Source: a virus (Duplodnaviria > Caudoviricetes). From it: 64,000 nt of DNA. Of this stretch, positions 1 through 9,982 are shown piece by piece. Both the position numbers and the translations under genes were made by a program. The stretch lies in the IMG/VR virus record IMGVR_UViG_3300027833_000011. One strand, 5' to 3'. Position 1 is the first letter of the stretch; the number at the start of each line of letters is the position of its first letter. A model generated the notes under the pieces. The model saw only the letters and a list, made by a program, of their open reading frames with translations, was not told where the DNA came from and made no database searches.

Positions 1-94
1 TATTAGAGAGAATTCTATCACTAATATCTATATAGAAGAAATGGAAGGATTAAAGAAAGACCAATCTTTCAAAAACTTAATAGAACTCCTTTAA
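1..94 (+). CDS. 3' end of an upstream gene (partial)
   Basis: Open frame from position 2 (IRENSITNIYIEEMEGLKKDQSFKNLIELL) ending at TAA 92-94. Confidence 0.5.
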   Translation, partial: IRENSITNIYIEEMEGLKKDQSFKNLIELL

Positions 95-146
95 TTTTTA
101 TTCACTTTATTTTTTAATTTAATACTTTTACGTATATAATAGAGCG

Positions 147-1178
147 ATGCGAAGACGTAAAAGTAAAATATTTGATATATACATAACCACAGGTGCTGGT
201 AATACAGTCGGTGGTGGTTCTGATGTGTGGGTAAATAATTGGTTAAAATTAGTTCCTAAACACTTAGAAATTAAACCAATCTTACTTATTGATAATTATA
301 GGTTTCAAGGGTTTGAAGAAGATTCCATTCCTATTGAACACATTTTCTATAACGAAAGACCTGATGAATCTAAAAGATTACTACAGGAATGTCGACACAT
401 TCACTTTTTACATAATCATTACACTAAAAGACCTCACCTATGGAAGTATAGGTTTAAGTTTAAAAGTATTGCGGTTCACGCATACGCCAGAGAGATAGTT
501 GATTCTTATAAGGAGCTAGGGTTCTCAAGAGATTCAGTCCCTTTTTTATGGAATGTCGAATGGCAAGACGAATTAATCCGTGAGTGTGAAACTAAGTATT
601 GGGTTGGTTCACAAAAGGGTTTGGTTAATGATATTTTTAACGACTGTATAACAATCCCAAATTATTATGAGTTTATATGGAATAAGGAATATTTTCATAG
701 TAATGTGGTTGGGTTTGCTGCAAGGGCAGAAACAAGAAAGGCTATTCATTTTTTAGAGAATGTTAGGTCTAATGCTTTTACTTCAAGTAATGGGGTTAAG
801 ATATGGGAGAAAAATACTAAAATGAAGTTCAACAATACTAAAATCATTGAGTATAATCCAATCTTAACGGATGAATACTACACGAGTAGTCTATTCGGTA
901 TATTCCATGGTGCTTACGTTAAAGAACCATTTGGGTATTCGATTCTCCAAGCCGTTGATGCTGGTAAATTACCTATAATAGCTAAAGGGTGGTGTCCTGA
1001 GTTTAACTATCCGTATCGAGCGTCGAGTAAAGAAGAGTTTGAAGACATGGTTAAGATAATCCAAAACACAAATAAAGAAACAAGAGAAAACATCTTTAAC
1101 TCGGCTAAATCGTTTTTAAAGAAATTTGATAATAAAGACCATTGGGTTGAAAGAATGAAAACAATATATAATGAATAG
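147..1178 (+). CDS. GT-B fold (GT4-like) glycosyltransferase
   Basis: N-terminal GGGSDVWV motif and C-terminal EPFGYSILQAVDAGKLPII, a variant of the GT4 E-x7-E motif. Confidence 0.7.
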   Translation: MRRRKSKIFDIYITTGAGNTVGGGSDVWVNNWLKLVPKHLEIKPILLIDNYRFQGFEEDSIPIEHIFYNERPDESKRLLQECRHIHFLHNHYTKRPHLWKYRFKFKSIAVHAYAREIVDSYKELGFSRDSVPFLWNVEWQDELIRECETKYWVGSQKGLVNDIFNDCITIPNYYEFIWNKEYFHSNVVGFAARAETRKAIHFLENVRSNAFTSSNGVKIWEKNTKMKFNNTKIIEYNPILTDEYYTSSLFGIFHGAYVKEPFGYSILQAVDAGKLPIIAKGWCPEFNYPYRASSKEEFEDMVKIIQNTNKETRENIFNSAKSFLKKFDNKDHWVERMKTIYNE

Positions 1179-2124
1179 AAAATTAATAGTTTCACGAATG
1201 TGGACAAAACGAGGTATACAACAATACTTCTCATTACTCCAACTATCTAAAGAATTTTGGGACTTTGAAATAGAGGCTCATATTTTAATAGATGATTGGA
1301 CACATGAGGACGATTGGACTTTTGAAATTGAAAAACTTAATAATCCACATAGAGAAGGGTTTCCAATGACTGTGGAGTTTTACACCAAAGAAGAGTTAAA
1401 ACAATGGTATCATAGTAATAATATTATAGACAAGAGTGTGTTTGATAACATGAAAGGGTTTTTACACATTTATCATCTTCTATTGTATTTTTATTTATAT
1501 ATTGAAAAAGGTATTGATTACTTAGTGTCTTATGATGATGATATTGTGTTTAATAAAAAAGTTAGTCCTGAGTTAAATGAAATCGATGGTTTAATCGCTA
1601 ATAAAACACCATTTGTTATTGACGAAGAGTACTTTCCTATGTCCGACAAAAGTATGTTTGTTGGGTTATCTAATTATTTTAACCGTGATTTAACACCCGA
1701 TTATTATAGAAATAACATTAGGGGTGTTGGGGCTAATGCTGGTTTTATGGGTATAGAAACCTCATCAATATTTAGTTCTTTTAAAGACAATTTTATGGGT
1801 TTGATATCCTTATTTGACTTCAAATCACCAAATTTAAAATCGATTGATGAACCTTACCATTATACCGATAAGGTTTTATTTGATACTCAAGAACAAAGTT
1901 TTATGAGTATTATGTTACACTGTTTCGCGACAAAAGAATTATTTAGGTTAGGTGGGGCATTAGGGTATTTCTTTGACACCCCAATACAAGAAGCAGTAAA
2001 TAAGTCTAAGTTAATACATTTTACAGGAGACAGAAAATACGACCCACAATTTCCAAAGATTATTGTAGATTTTCTAAAGAAACATGGTCATAACAATATC
2101 ACACCAGATTGGTTTTATTATTAA
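1171..2124 (+). CDS. GT-A fold glycosyltransferase (GT8-like)
   Basis: YDDDIVF (DxD), NAGFM, EQSFM and LIHFTG motifs typical of GT8-like enzymes. Confidence 0.65.
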   Translation: MNRKLIVSRMWTKRGIQQYFSLLQLSKEFWDFEIEAHILIDDWTHEDDWTFEIEKLNNPHREGFPMTVEFYTKEELKQWYHSNNIIDKSVFDNMKGFLHIYHLLLYFYLYIEKGIDYLVSYDDDIVFNKKVSPELNEIDGLIANKTPFVIDEEYFPMSDKSMFVGLSNYFNRDLTPDYYRNNIRGVGANAGFMGIETSSIFSSFKDNFMGLISLFDFKSPNLKSIDEPYHYTDKVLFDTQEQSFMSIMLHCFATKELFRLGGALGYFFDTPIQEAVNKSKLIHFTGDRKYDPQFPKIIVDFLKKHGHNNITPDWFYY

Positions 2125-2130
2125 ATAATT

Positions 2131-3240
2131 ATGTTGGAACCGTTATACAATAAAGAAATATTAGAAGAAGGTATTATTGAAGCTTTAAGACACATTGATG
2201 CTTTTGATGATATTGAAAAGGCGAAAGAATGTCTAAGAACGGCACTATCACCAAATGAAAAATGGGCGATTAATTTACTAAACTCGAGTGTTAGTGATAA
2301 TATGAAATTCCACACAATGAATGGGTATAATTTACCGTTTTTTGAGAATGATAGTAATATACCAAAAAGAGCTAAAAACGCTAGATTATGTGTCGTATAT
2401 CAAGTATGGGGTAATCATAACTATTTAAAGTTTTTATACTTATCAATTTTATCACAATTGGTGTATACGGATATTTTAGATTTTGATGTTAAAATATTTT
2501 TAGGTAAAGGATTTGTTAACGATGTAGGTGCATCATTAATCGACCGATTATTACCTGAAGGGTCTATTATACCTGTTAATGATGGGTTATCTTTAAAATA
2601 TGGTTTAACTTCCCATCCGCATTTACAGAACTATGATGTGGTTTCGGTTGTTGATACAGACGCATTTTGGTTTCACCCTAAAGGTGTGAAAACTAATGTA
2701 TACCAACAAATGTTAGATTTGTATGACTCAGGTTTTGATAGTCTTATTATGGCGCCAGACCCTGACTTAGCAAGTTCAGTATTTTGGCAAAGAAGAGATA
2801 CGTTAAACACCAACATACCTGCTGAACATTATAAAAGTTATTTCTACAGAAATGCGAATACGGATGAAAAAAAACTTACTGAATTTGTGGACCATGATAA
2901 GAATTGGTTTCTATCGTGTCTATTTGTATATGGTAAAAATCATTTTAAAGAACCAGGATATGGTAAATACGCCTTGACCTGTTTATACGATGAATTACTT
3001 TGTGATGAAACAGTTTGGATGATGTGGGGTATGGGTCACGATTACGAAATTGAGAATATGGATAATACAGGATTTTTACGATGGGTTGGTGCGAATGATT
3101 TCGATAGGTATTGGAGTAATGAGAAAAACATAGAAGATGTTTTATCTTATATTCATCCTGTACAGGGGGACCATTGTTATAATATGAATCTAATTAAGTT
3201 ATATGATAAAATAGTAGAAGATTATAAATTAAGTAGATAA
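2131..3240 (+). CDS. putative GT-A glycosyltransferase
   Basis: VVDTDAFW (DxD), CDETVW and YIHP motifs; lies within the GT cluster. Confidence 0.5.
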   Translation: MLEPLYNKEILEEGIIEALRHIDAFDDIEKAKECLRTALSPNEKWAINLLNSSVSDNMKFHTMNGYNLPFFENDSNIPKRAKNARLCVVYQVWGNHNYLKFLYLSILSQLVYTDILDFDVKIFLGKGFVNDVGASLIDRLLPEGSIIPVNDGLSLKYGLTSHPHLQNYDVVSVVDTDAFWFHPKGVKTNVYQQMLDLYDSGFDSLIMAPDPDLASSVFWQRRDTLNTNIPAEHYKSYFYRNANTDEKKLTEFVDHDKNWFLSCLFVYGKNHFKEPGYGKYALTCLYDELLCDETVWMMWGMGHDYEIENMDNTGFLRWVGANDFDRYWSNEKNIEDVLSYIHPVQGDHCYNMNLIKLYDKIVEDYKLSR

Positions 3241-4163
3241 TGAAAAGACCCGATTATAGTGTGATGTATGTTTTACACGTCATGCCAGAAGAAATACAAG
3301 ACGTTGGTAGAATAATAAAAGACTTTGAAATATCGACAAAAGAAAACTCAAATGTGGGTGTTACTTTATATATTGATTTGAATTTTTCAGATGTCTATTA
3401 TGATTGGTCAAATTCTAAAATGACTAAAGAAACTTTTTATCATTTATTTCAAAACTTCTTAATACATTCTCGAAAAAATTTAAATATAATACACAATGTA
3501 AGAGATACGGGGCATTGGGGGGTTAATTCAACTAGAAGAAACGTGATTAACGAATACAAAGATACGTTTGATTATATCGGTTTTATTGATTGTGACATAT
3601 TTTTTGACCCAGCGGCTATTCAGTATGTGTATAAAACATTAGAAAAAGAACCGGGGGAATTTATCGTATTTTCTGGTTTATTACCTAAGATGTGGAACGA
3701 ACACTTTGATGAACTCACACATAAAAAATTTAAGAATGTGACTGATAGGTCATTTCCTTTTAAGGTTAATCCTTTGAGTGTTTATGGGTTCCACCAAACA
3801 CAGAGAAATGAGGTGGGATATACTTCTGATATTATGGTTGGTGGTGGATGGTTTAACGTTTTTTCTACAACGATTTTCGATTACGTAACCATACCGACAG
3901 AATTAGGGGTTTATGGTATTGATGACCATTGGATTCAAGAATGTTGTCGTTTCCTTAATAAATCAGGATGGGACATTAAACAATGTTATAATAATAAGTT
4001 TTTAGTACTAGAGAACCACGGTCGTAAATTTAACCTACCTGAACCTTTTATTATTAAAAAAATGGTTAACGGTGGTAAATTTGAGTACGAAAAAAACGCA
4101 AAACAAAATTACGAAAGTTTATTCAACGAATATAAGAAAAGTATAATCAGTAAGTATTTCTAA
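3240..4163 (+). CDS. GT2-like glycosyltransferase
   Basis: YIGFIDCDIFF (DxD), GGGWF and YGIDD motifs. Confidence 0.6.
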   Translation: MKRPDYSVMYVLHVMPEEIQDVGRIIKDFEISTKENSNVGVTLYIDLNFSDVYYDWSNSKMTKETFYHLFQNFLIHSRKNLNIIHNVRDTGHWGVNSTRRNVINEYKDTFDYIGFIDCDIFFDPAAIQYVYKTLEKEPGEFIVFSGLLPKMWNEHFDELTHKKFKNVTDRSFPFKVNPLSVYGFHQTQRNEVGYTSDIMVGGGWFNVFSTTIFDYVTIPTELGVYGIDDHWIQECCRFLNKSGWDIKQCYNNKFLVLENHGRKFNLPEPFIIKKMVNGGKFEYEKNAKQNYESLFNEYKKSIISKYF

Positions 4164-4165
4164 CT

Positions 4166-5668
4166 ATGAAGTTATTTTTTACTTTTTACAGTAAAGAAAG
4201 TATTCCTAAATTACACCATTTTTTCAATCACTATAGGAACTTAGGTGTTACCAATTTTTACGCTATATATCACACATATGGAGAACATAGTAAAGATGTT
4301 TTAGATTATGTAATGAAAAATGCTATGGTTGTTAAGATATGGGATGGAGTATTTAATGAGCATAATAAAATTAAACATATAAATGATGCGAGATTAAAAT
4401 TCTCAAGTTATGGAGAATGGTCGTTTACTGTTGATTGTGATGAATTTATCGATATAAGTCTAAACGACTTAAACAAAGTGATTAATAGTGATGCTAACTA
4501 TGTTAAGTTTAGTTTAATCGATAGGGTATCTAAACCATCACTTAAAGAAGTCACTATTGAAGAGGATATAGAAATGACGTTTCCACATTATTCTTTTATT
4601 ACGTATCGTTTATTAGAGGGGACGACATCTAAAGTGCCTCTATCTGTTCGTGAAGTTATTATTGGTTTAGGTTATCATGATGTCATTGGAGAACAAGAGC
4701 AAGTGGTTAAGTTAATAAAACACCCTTTAAATGGGTATGTTAATCACTTTAAATGGGATAGTGATGTTATCTATACTATACACGATAGGGTTACTAATAG
4801 GTTAATAGATGACGGAAGTGCTGATGATTATATAGAAGAATGTGAAGTTGCGTTGTCTTTAGATTATGATAATGTGATTACCTACGACAAACCTTTAGGT
4901 ATGAAGTTATTGTTTATAGTTTGGTCTCTTCAGGATTATAATATGTTAAAACAATTCTTCATACATTATAGAACTTTAGGGGTTACCAAATTTTATTGTA
5001 TTTTTCACACTTACGGTATGGAAGATAATTTTATTTATGATTTCGTTAAAGAAAACGCTGAGATTGTACACCATTGGGATGAGAAATATACTACGGAGTG
5101 GGAATGTAAACTCAAAAATAAATATAAAAGGGAAATATGTGATGATGAGAACGAATGGGTATGGTGTGTTGACGCTGACGAATTTGTTGATGTCTCACAA
5201 GATTTTGTGAGGGAAGTAATACGTAGTGACTCAAATTACGTTAATGGGTGGATGGTAGATAGGTTTTCTGAAGAGGGGTTAATAGTTCCATTGGATGATA
5301 ATATGTTTAAACAGTTCCCTATTAGAACTTACTATACTCGTTTTAAATTAAACGGTTCTGGTTCTAAAATCCCATTAACTCGTTCTTATGTTCTTATTGG
5401 TGTGGGACATCATGTGGTACTAAACGAATTGTACGATTATCAATTAAATGACGATAGAGTCTTAATTCCTTATAATGGTGATGAGGAAACTTGGATTGAA
5501 GTTGCTCATATCAAATGGCATTATCAATTGTTGGAGGAAATATATAATAAATTCACTAAAACAATGAATTTATGTCAATATTCGGCAAGAGAAATGGGAG
5601 TATTTGTCTTAGATTATTGTTATAAGAAAAAATCAATAACTGAGATTATTAAAGATGTGAGGATATGA
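4166..5668 (+). CDS. tandem two-domain GT2/GT92-like glycosyltransferase
   Basis: Two homologous halves, each with HYRxLGVTxFY, VDxDEF, DR and HxKW motifs. Confidence 0.65.
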   Translation: MKLFFTFYSKESIPKLHHFFNHYRNLGVTNFYAIYHTYGEHSKDVLDYVMKNAMVVKIWDGVFNEHNKIKHINDARLKFSSYGEWSFTVDCDEFIDISLNDLNKVINSDANYVKFSLIDRVSKPSLKEVTIEEDIEMTFPHYSFITYRLLEGTTSKVPLSVREVIIGLGYHDVIGEQEQVVKLIKHPLNGYVNHFKWDSDVIYTIHDRVTNRLIDDGSADDYIEECEVALSLDYDNVITYDKPLGMKLLFIVWSLQDYNMLKQFFIHYRTLGVTKFYCIFHTYGMEDNFIYDFVKENAEIVHHWDEKYTTEWECKLKNKYKREICDDENEWVWCVDADEFVDVSQDFVREVIRSDSNYVNGWMVDRFSEEGLIVPLDDNMFKQFPIRTYYTRFKLNGSGSKIPLTRSYVLIGVGHHVVLNELYDYQLNDDRVLIPYNGDEETWIEVAHIKWHYQLLEEIYNKFTKTMNLCQYSAREMGVFVLDYCYKKKSITEIIKDVRI

Positions 5669-7116
5669 TAGGTATACATTCGGTCTTTAGTAATGAGAAT
5701 AGAGGGTTTATTTATAATGTAAACACAGAAATTAGTACTGTTGAGTTATATACGTGGGTTTATTCAATATTAACGTGGAAAAGAGATGGTCATCCATTAT
5801 ATCTCTATTGTGATGATAAAATTAATGACTTTGTTATCAAATACGGTTTTTCTCATTTATATGATGAGGTAAGAGTTAGAAATTATAACGACGACATACA
5901 CGAATGTTTTTGGTCGTATAATAAAATACGTGTGATTGAAGAGTTTGGGGAACCAGTATGTTTGTTCGATGTGGACACTTTTTTTAGGAATACCGAATTT
6001 ACTAAGTTACAATATGATATGATAACATATCATTATGAGTTATGGGATTTGGAGTTAAAAAATAAAATGTTTAACAGTAAAGATAGTTTAAAAAACTTAA
6101 GTTTCTACCAAACGGTAGACGATAGTGTTGAGGTTGTTAATGGTAGTTTACTAATTTTTAATAGTTATGATTTAAAAACAGAATTTTTACGTAACGCTAA
6201 AGAGGTTGTTGATACTATAAAAACAATCGATTATGAAAGTCAATTTGAGTATGATTCGTATACCATTTTTATGGAACAGGTTAATTTGGGTTATTTAAAT
6301 AAGAAATATCACTGTGGTAAAGTTTCTAAAAGAAATGAGTGGGGAGATTATAGATTTAACAGGAACGAACCATTTGTTCATTTAGGTCATAATAAAGAAC
6401 GATTGGAGTATGGTAATCCACAAACAAAACAAAGATATGTTCAGGTAATTAAGGAGAAGATTATTGAGTTAGGATATCCTGAGTTTGAAAAGTTATTTAC
6501 CTTAACGACGTTCGAAGGTGATAAGACCCAAAACTCTTTAACACCTCAAAGGGTTAAACCAACCGCTAGAAATATGGGTGATAAGATAAGTTCTGAATTG
6601 TTCACTAAATGGTATGGTGATAATGCGGAGTTATTGAAAGATAGTCGATTTGACATTGCGATATGGGGTTCTATATTGGGTAATGACATTGACTTGATTA
6701 TATCAACGTCTAAAGGGGTTAATGTAAGTGATAAAGACTTAGAAGATTTTATGTTATCAATACATAGGTCAGGTGATTATCTCAGTATTACTGTTGAGGT
6801 ATTATATACCAATAATATTGACTATTTTAGAGAATTTAGAATGGAAAATTCTCAAAAAGTAAAAGAAGACATTCTTATTGGGTTTGTTTCTGAAGCGGAT
6901 TATGAGTCAAACGGTGAGTTAAGAACGGTGGGTAACTTAAAGTTTTATGAAGGACCATTTAACGATGCTTACTATAAATCAACAAATAAACATGATGAAG
7001 TTCTATTTATAGATTCAGTAAAAGATATAAAAAACAACGATGGTTATACACATTTTTCATCTGAGGTTTATAATACCATATATGAAAGGTTTGGAATTTT
7101 CAGTATGTTAGGCTGA
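5665..7116 (+). CDS. GT-A-like domain fused to a putative nucleotidyltransferase-like domain
   Basis: LFDVDTFF, VNGSLL, MEQ and FVHL in the N-terminal half; WGSILGNDIDLII (GS...DxD) in the C-terminal half. Confidence 0.45.
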   Translation: MIGIHSVFSNENRGFIYNVNTEISTVELYTWVYSILTWKRDGHPLYLYCDDKINDFVIKYGFSHLYDEVRVRNYNDDIHECFWSYNKIRVIEEFGEPVCLFDVDTFFRNTEFTKLQYDMITYHYELWDLELKNKMFNSKDSLKNLSFYQTVDDSVEVVNGSLLIFNSYDLKTEFLRNAKEVVDTIKTIDYESQFEYDSYTIFMEQVNLGYLNKKYHCGKVSKRNEWGDYRFNRNEPFVHLGHNKERLEYGNPQTKQRYVQVIKEKIIELGYPEFEKLFTLTTFEGDKTQNSLTPQRVKPTARNMGDKISSELFTKWYGDNAELLKDSRFDIAIWGSILGNDIDLIISTSKGVNVSDKDLEDFMLSIHRSGDYLSITVEVLYTNNIDYFREFRMENSQKVKEDILIGFVSEADYESNGELRTVGNLKFYEGPFNDAYYKSTNKHDEVLFIDSVKDIKNNDGYTHFSSEVYNTIYERFGIFSMLG

Positions 7117-7131
7117 AAAAATATTAACTGA

Positions 7132-7140
7132 ATATTTATA
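7132..7140 (+). promoter_or_regulatory. putative late promoter motif TATTTAT(A/T), representative site
   Basis: Same motif upstream of genes at 21866, 25225, 28759, 30092, 36275, 43820, 46241 and 49749 on +, and at 23729 and 35035 on - before minus-strand genes. Confidence 0.6.
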
Positions 7141-7154
7141 ATAAAAGAATATAG

Positions 7155-9266
7155 ATGGCATATCTAAAGAAAAATATAGAAACATTAATTGATATTAAAA
7201 TTACAGACAAAGGTAGGGAGTTAATTTCTACAGGTAAGTTCTGTAACATTGAGTATTTTCAGGTTGGTGATTCTGAATTTGACTATAAAAACGAAACTAT
7301 CTTTAAGAGAGATGGGAAGAAAGACACGCAGATTGTGTTTAGAGCTAAAGATAAGGATTCGGATGTTAAATATCCAATACCTGTCGGTAGTGAAAGTCCT
7401 GACGACCCATTAAGTTGTAATACTTACGGTAGGGTTTACCCAAATCATCAAGAAGAGGTTGTAAGTAAGAAAGTAGAGTTTTTAGGTGTGACACAAAATC
7501 AAAATATAAAGACACCGTTAGGTATATGTGTGCCATTGATGAACTTTGATGGGACAGATACTTTGGTGACTAACAAGTTAATATCTTGTGAGTATATTTT
7601 AATCAAATTTCCCCAAGACCCGTCAAACGTTTTAGATACTGATGGTCCTTGTTTATGGTATAAAGTCGTTTCGTTTATTGATGAGAATACGATTCAATTA
7701 GACAGACCTTTACCTAACTATTCTTTTGTTACTGACCTTAGTAAAGAGGCGACATTATTTGAATACGCAAAAAGAGAGACTACGGAATATTTAGATTTCA
7801 ATGTTGCGTGGACTGAGGAGTTTGCTGGTTTTGATGTTAACTTACCAAGAACATTTGCTGAAGGGTCTAAATATCTATCGGCTAAAGAGATGTTCGGTTA
7901 TACGTCATACGAGCATGGAGACAATTATTATTCATGTAACCCTGAACCAACAACGACCACTACAACGACAATATGTCCTCCTGAGTTTTTATCATTGGAC
8001 CTAACAAGAGAACCTACAGTACAATTATTTAGTAATGTTGAAGTAAGTGGAGAGAGTTGGGATTATTGTTCTTCTTATGTAGATTCTTACGGTAAAGAGG
8101 TTTATGTGTATCCTGACGAACAAAAATTTATTGGTATAATACATTATACTAAATGGGAAGACTATTATGGAACGGGTGAATGGTGGAAAGAATTTGACGG
8201 TGAATTCGAATTAAACCTACCAACGTTAATGTACCATAGAGATGAAGATAATAAAATGGGACATAAGTTTAAAATGGGTTCAATCAATAACTACGTTAAG
8301 TCGTTAGTGAATGATGAAATGGATTCTGAAGGTGAAGTTTATTTCGATTTAATTGATACAACAAGTAATCAAAATATTGTTGGTAAGATATTCCCACACA
8401 AACAAGCGATTGTTATCGACGACGAAGAGATATTAATGGCATTATCAATGAAGTCTAATAGAAATTGGACATTACCGGCACCAAAGGCGGTTAGAATATC
8501 GTCAGATGCTGATTGTATCGATTCTCCTGATGATGTTATGTTACCTAAAGACTTAACAAAACAAGTTTTTATTTCTTATATGTTCTACAATAAGAATAAC
8601 AAAATGTATTCGGCACCATCGGCTCAATACGTTAGGGTTGACCCTAGTGGTACTGATGATTTTGATGTTGCGGTTTCATTTAAAGATGGTTTTAATTTCT
8701 TAAGAGATAAGATTATCACGGACAACAATCCAGGGTTTCAAGCGACTAATTTCTATATTTTAGTACAACAGGTTGATACTAAAGATAAACCATTACCTGA
8801 CGAATGGAGGTATATTGAGTATACTGATAGTTTAAATGGGTTTACTGGTGGTAACATATTAAGTTCTCACTTAACCGGAACTAAATTCATAGTCAACTCT
8901 GAACTATATAATAACGCAAATGCGTTCAACTACAGACAGTTAATTGGTTATCCTAATCAGAATGAAAGAAATAATCTAATCTTTGGTGATGAGTTTATGT
9001 TAATGGGGGATGTTACCCTAAACAAACAACACAGTGTTTATGTTATGAACTACATAGTAGACCTACCAAGTAATAAGTTTATAAGGTCACAAAACCCGAC
9101 ATGGGACCAAGACACTGACAGTAAAAAACAGGACTTATATATTACCGAAGTTGCTTTATACAACGACGATAAGGATATGGTTGCAATTGGTAAGGTGTCA
9201 AAACCACACAAAAGAAAGGTTGACCCTGCTAGTAATCAGGTTATATCGGTTAAATTAGATTTTTAA
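7155..9266 (+). CDS. virion structural protein (baseplate or tail associated)
   Basis: N-terminal ITDKGRELI...FQVGDSEFDY and C-terminal YITEVALYN...VAIGKVSKP resemble jumbo-phage structural proteins; preceded by ATATTTATA. Confidence 0.55.
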   Translation: MAYLKKNIETLIDIKITDKGRELISTGKFCNIEYFQVGDSEFDYKNETIFKRDGKKDTQIVFRAKDKDSDVKYPIPVGSESPDDPLSCNTYGRVYPNHQEEVVSKKVEFLGVTQNQNIKTPLGICVPLMNFDGTDTLVTNKLISCEYILIKFPQDPSNVLDTDGPCLWYKVVSFIDENTIQLDRPLPNYSFVTDLSKEATLFEYAKRETTEYLDFNVAWTEEFAGFDVNLPRTFAEGSKYLSAKEMFGYTSYEHGDNYYSCNPEPTTTTTTTICPPEFLSLDLTREPTVQLFSNVEVSGESWDYCSSYVDSYGKEVYVYPDEQKFIGIIHYTKWEDYYGTGEWWKEFDGEFELNLPTLMYHRDEDNKMGHKFKMGSINNYVKSLVNDEMDSEGEVYFDLIDTTSNQNIVGKIFPHKQAIVIDDEEILMALSMKSNRNWTLPAPKAVRISSDADCIDSPDDVMLPKDLTKQVFISYMFYNKNNKMYSAPSAQYVRVDPSGTDDFDVAVSFKDGFNFLRDKIITDNNPGFQATNFYILVQQVDTKDKPLPDEWRYIEYTDSLNGFTGGNILSSHLTGTKFIVNSELYNNANAFNYRQLIGYPNQNERNNLIFGDEFMLMGDVTLNKQHSVYVMNYIVDLPSNKFIRSQNPTWDQDTDSKKQDLYITEVALYNDDKDMVAIGKVSKPHKRKVDPASNQVISVKLDF

Positions 9267-9321
9267 GACTTTATTTAGTTTTAAATATTGTTAAGTTTAT
9301 AACTCAAAAGATATAATACAT

Positions 9322-9945
9322 ATGAGACCTAGTCAGAAAAAGAGCCCAAAATTATTGGGGTTAGACATATCAACAAAGACAATTGGATTTGCTTTGTTCG
9401 AAAAATCAGATATGAGTTTATTAGAACTCACCCACTATTCACCAATAATTAAACCAAGACCTGAAGACCTTATTGAAGAATTAATCAAAAAGGCGGATGC
9501 GTTTTCTAAGAAACTAACAACGTATCAAGATATTGGTATTGAGTTGGTGGTGATAGAACAACCACTACTAAATTCTAATAATATATATACGGTTGGGACT
9601 TTAATGAAATTTAACGCATTGATTTCTAAAATAGTATATGATATATTGGGTGTAGTACCTAAATACATATCAACTTACGACTCAAGAAAATACGCATACC
9701 CTAACTTATACGCAGAAAACGTAAGGGGTAAAAAAGTGTTGTTTGGGGGTTATCCAAAAGGATGTGATAAGAAACACATTATTTGGGAGCAAGTTGCCGA
9801 AAAGGAACCACAAATTACTTGGTTATATACGAGAAACAACACTCTGAAGAAAGAGAATTTTGATATGACCGATGCGTATACGTGTGTGTTGGGTTATGTT
9901 AACGTTCTTAAAGAAAAGAAAGAAAAGGAAGAAAAAGGGGAATAG
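9322..9945 (+). CDS. RuvC-like Holliday junction resolvase
   Basis: LLGLDIS, VVIEQP and DMTDA acidic catalytic motifs. Confidence 0.75.
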   Translation: MRPSQKKSPKLLGLDISTKTIGFALFEKSDMSLLELTHYSPIIKPRPEDLIEELIKKADAFSKKLTTYQDIGIELVVIEQPLLNSNNIYTVGTLMKFNALISKIVYDILGVVPKYISTYDSRKYAYPNLYAENVRGKKVLFGGYPKGCDKKHIIWEQVAEKEPQITWLYTRNNTLKKENFDMTDAYTCVLGYVNVLKEKKEKEEKGE

Positions 9946-9982
9946 ATTTGACTAGTCAAGTATAATTCTTTATTTTTACCCT

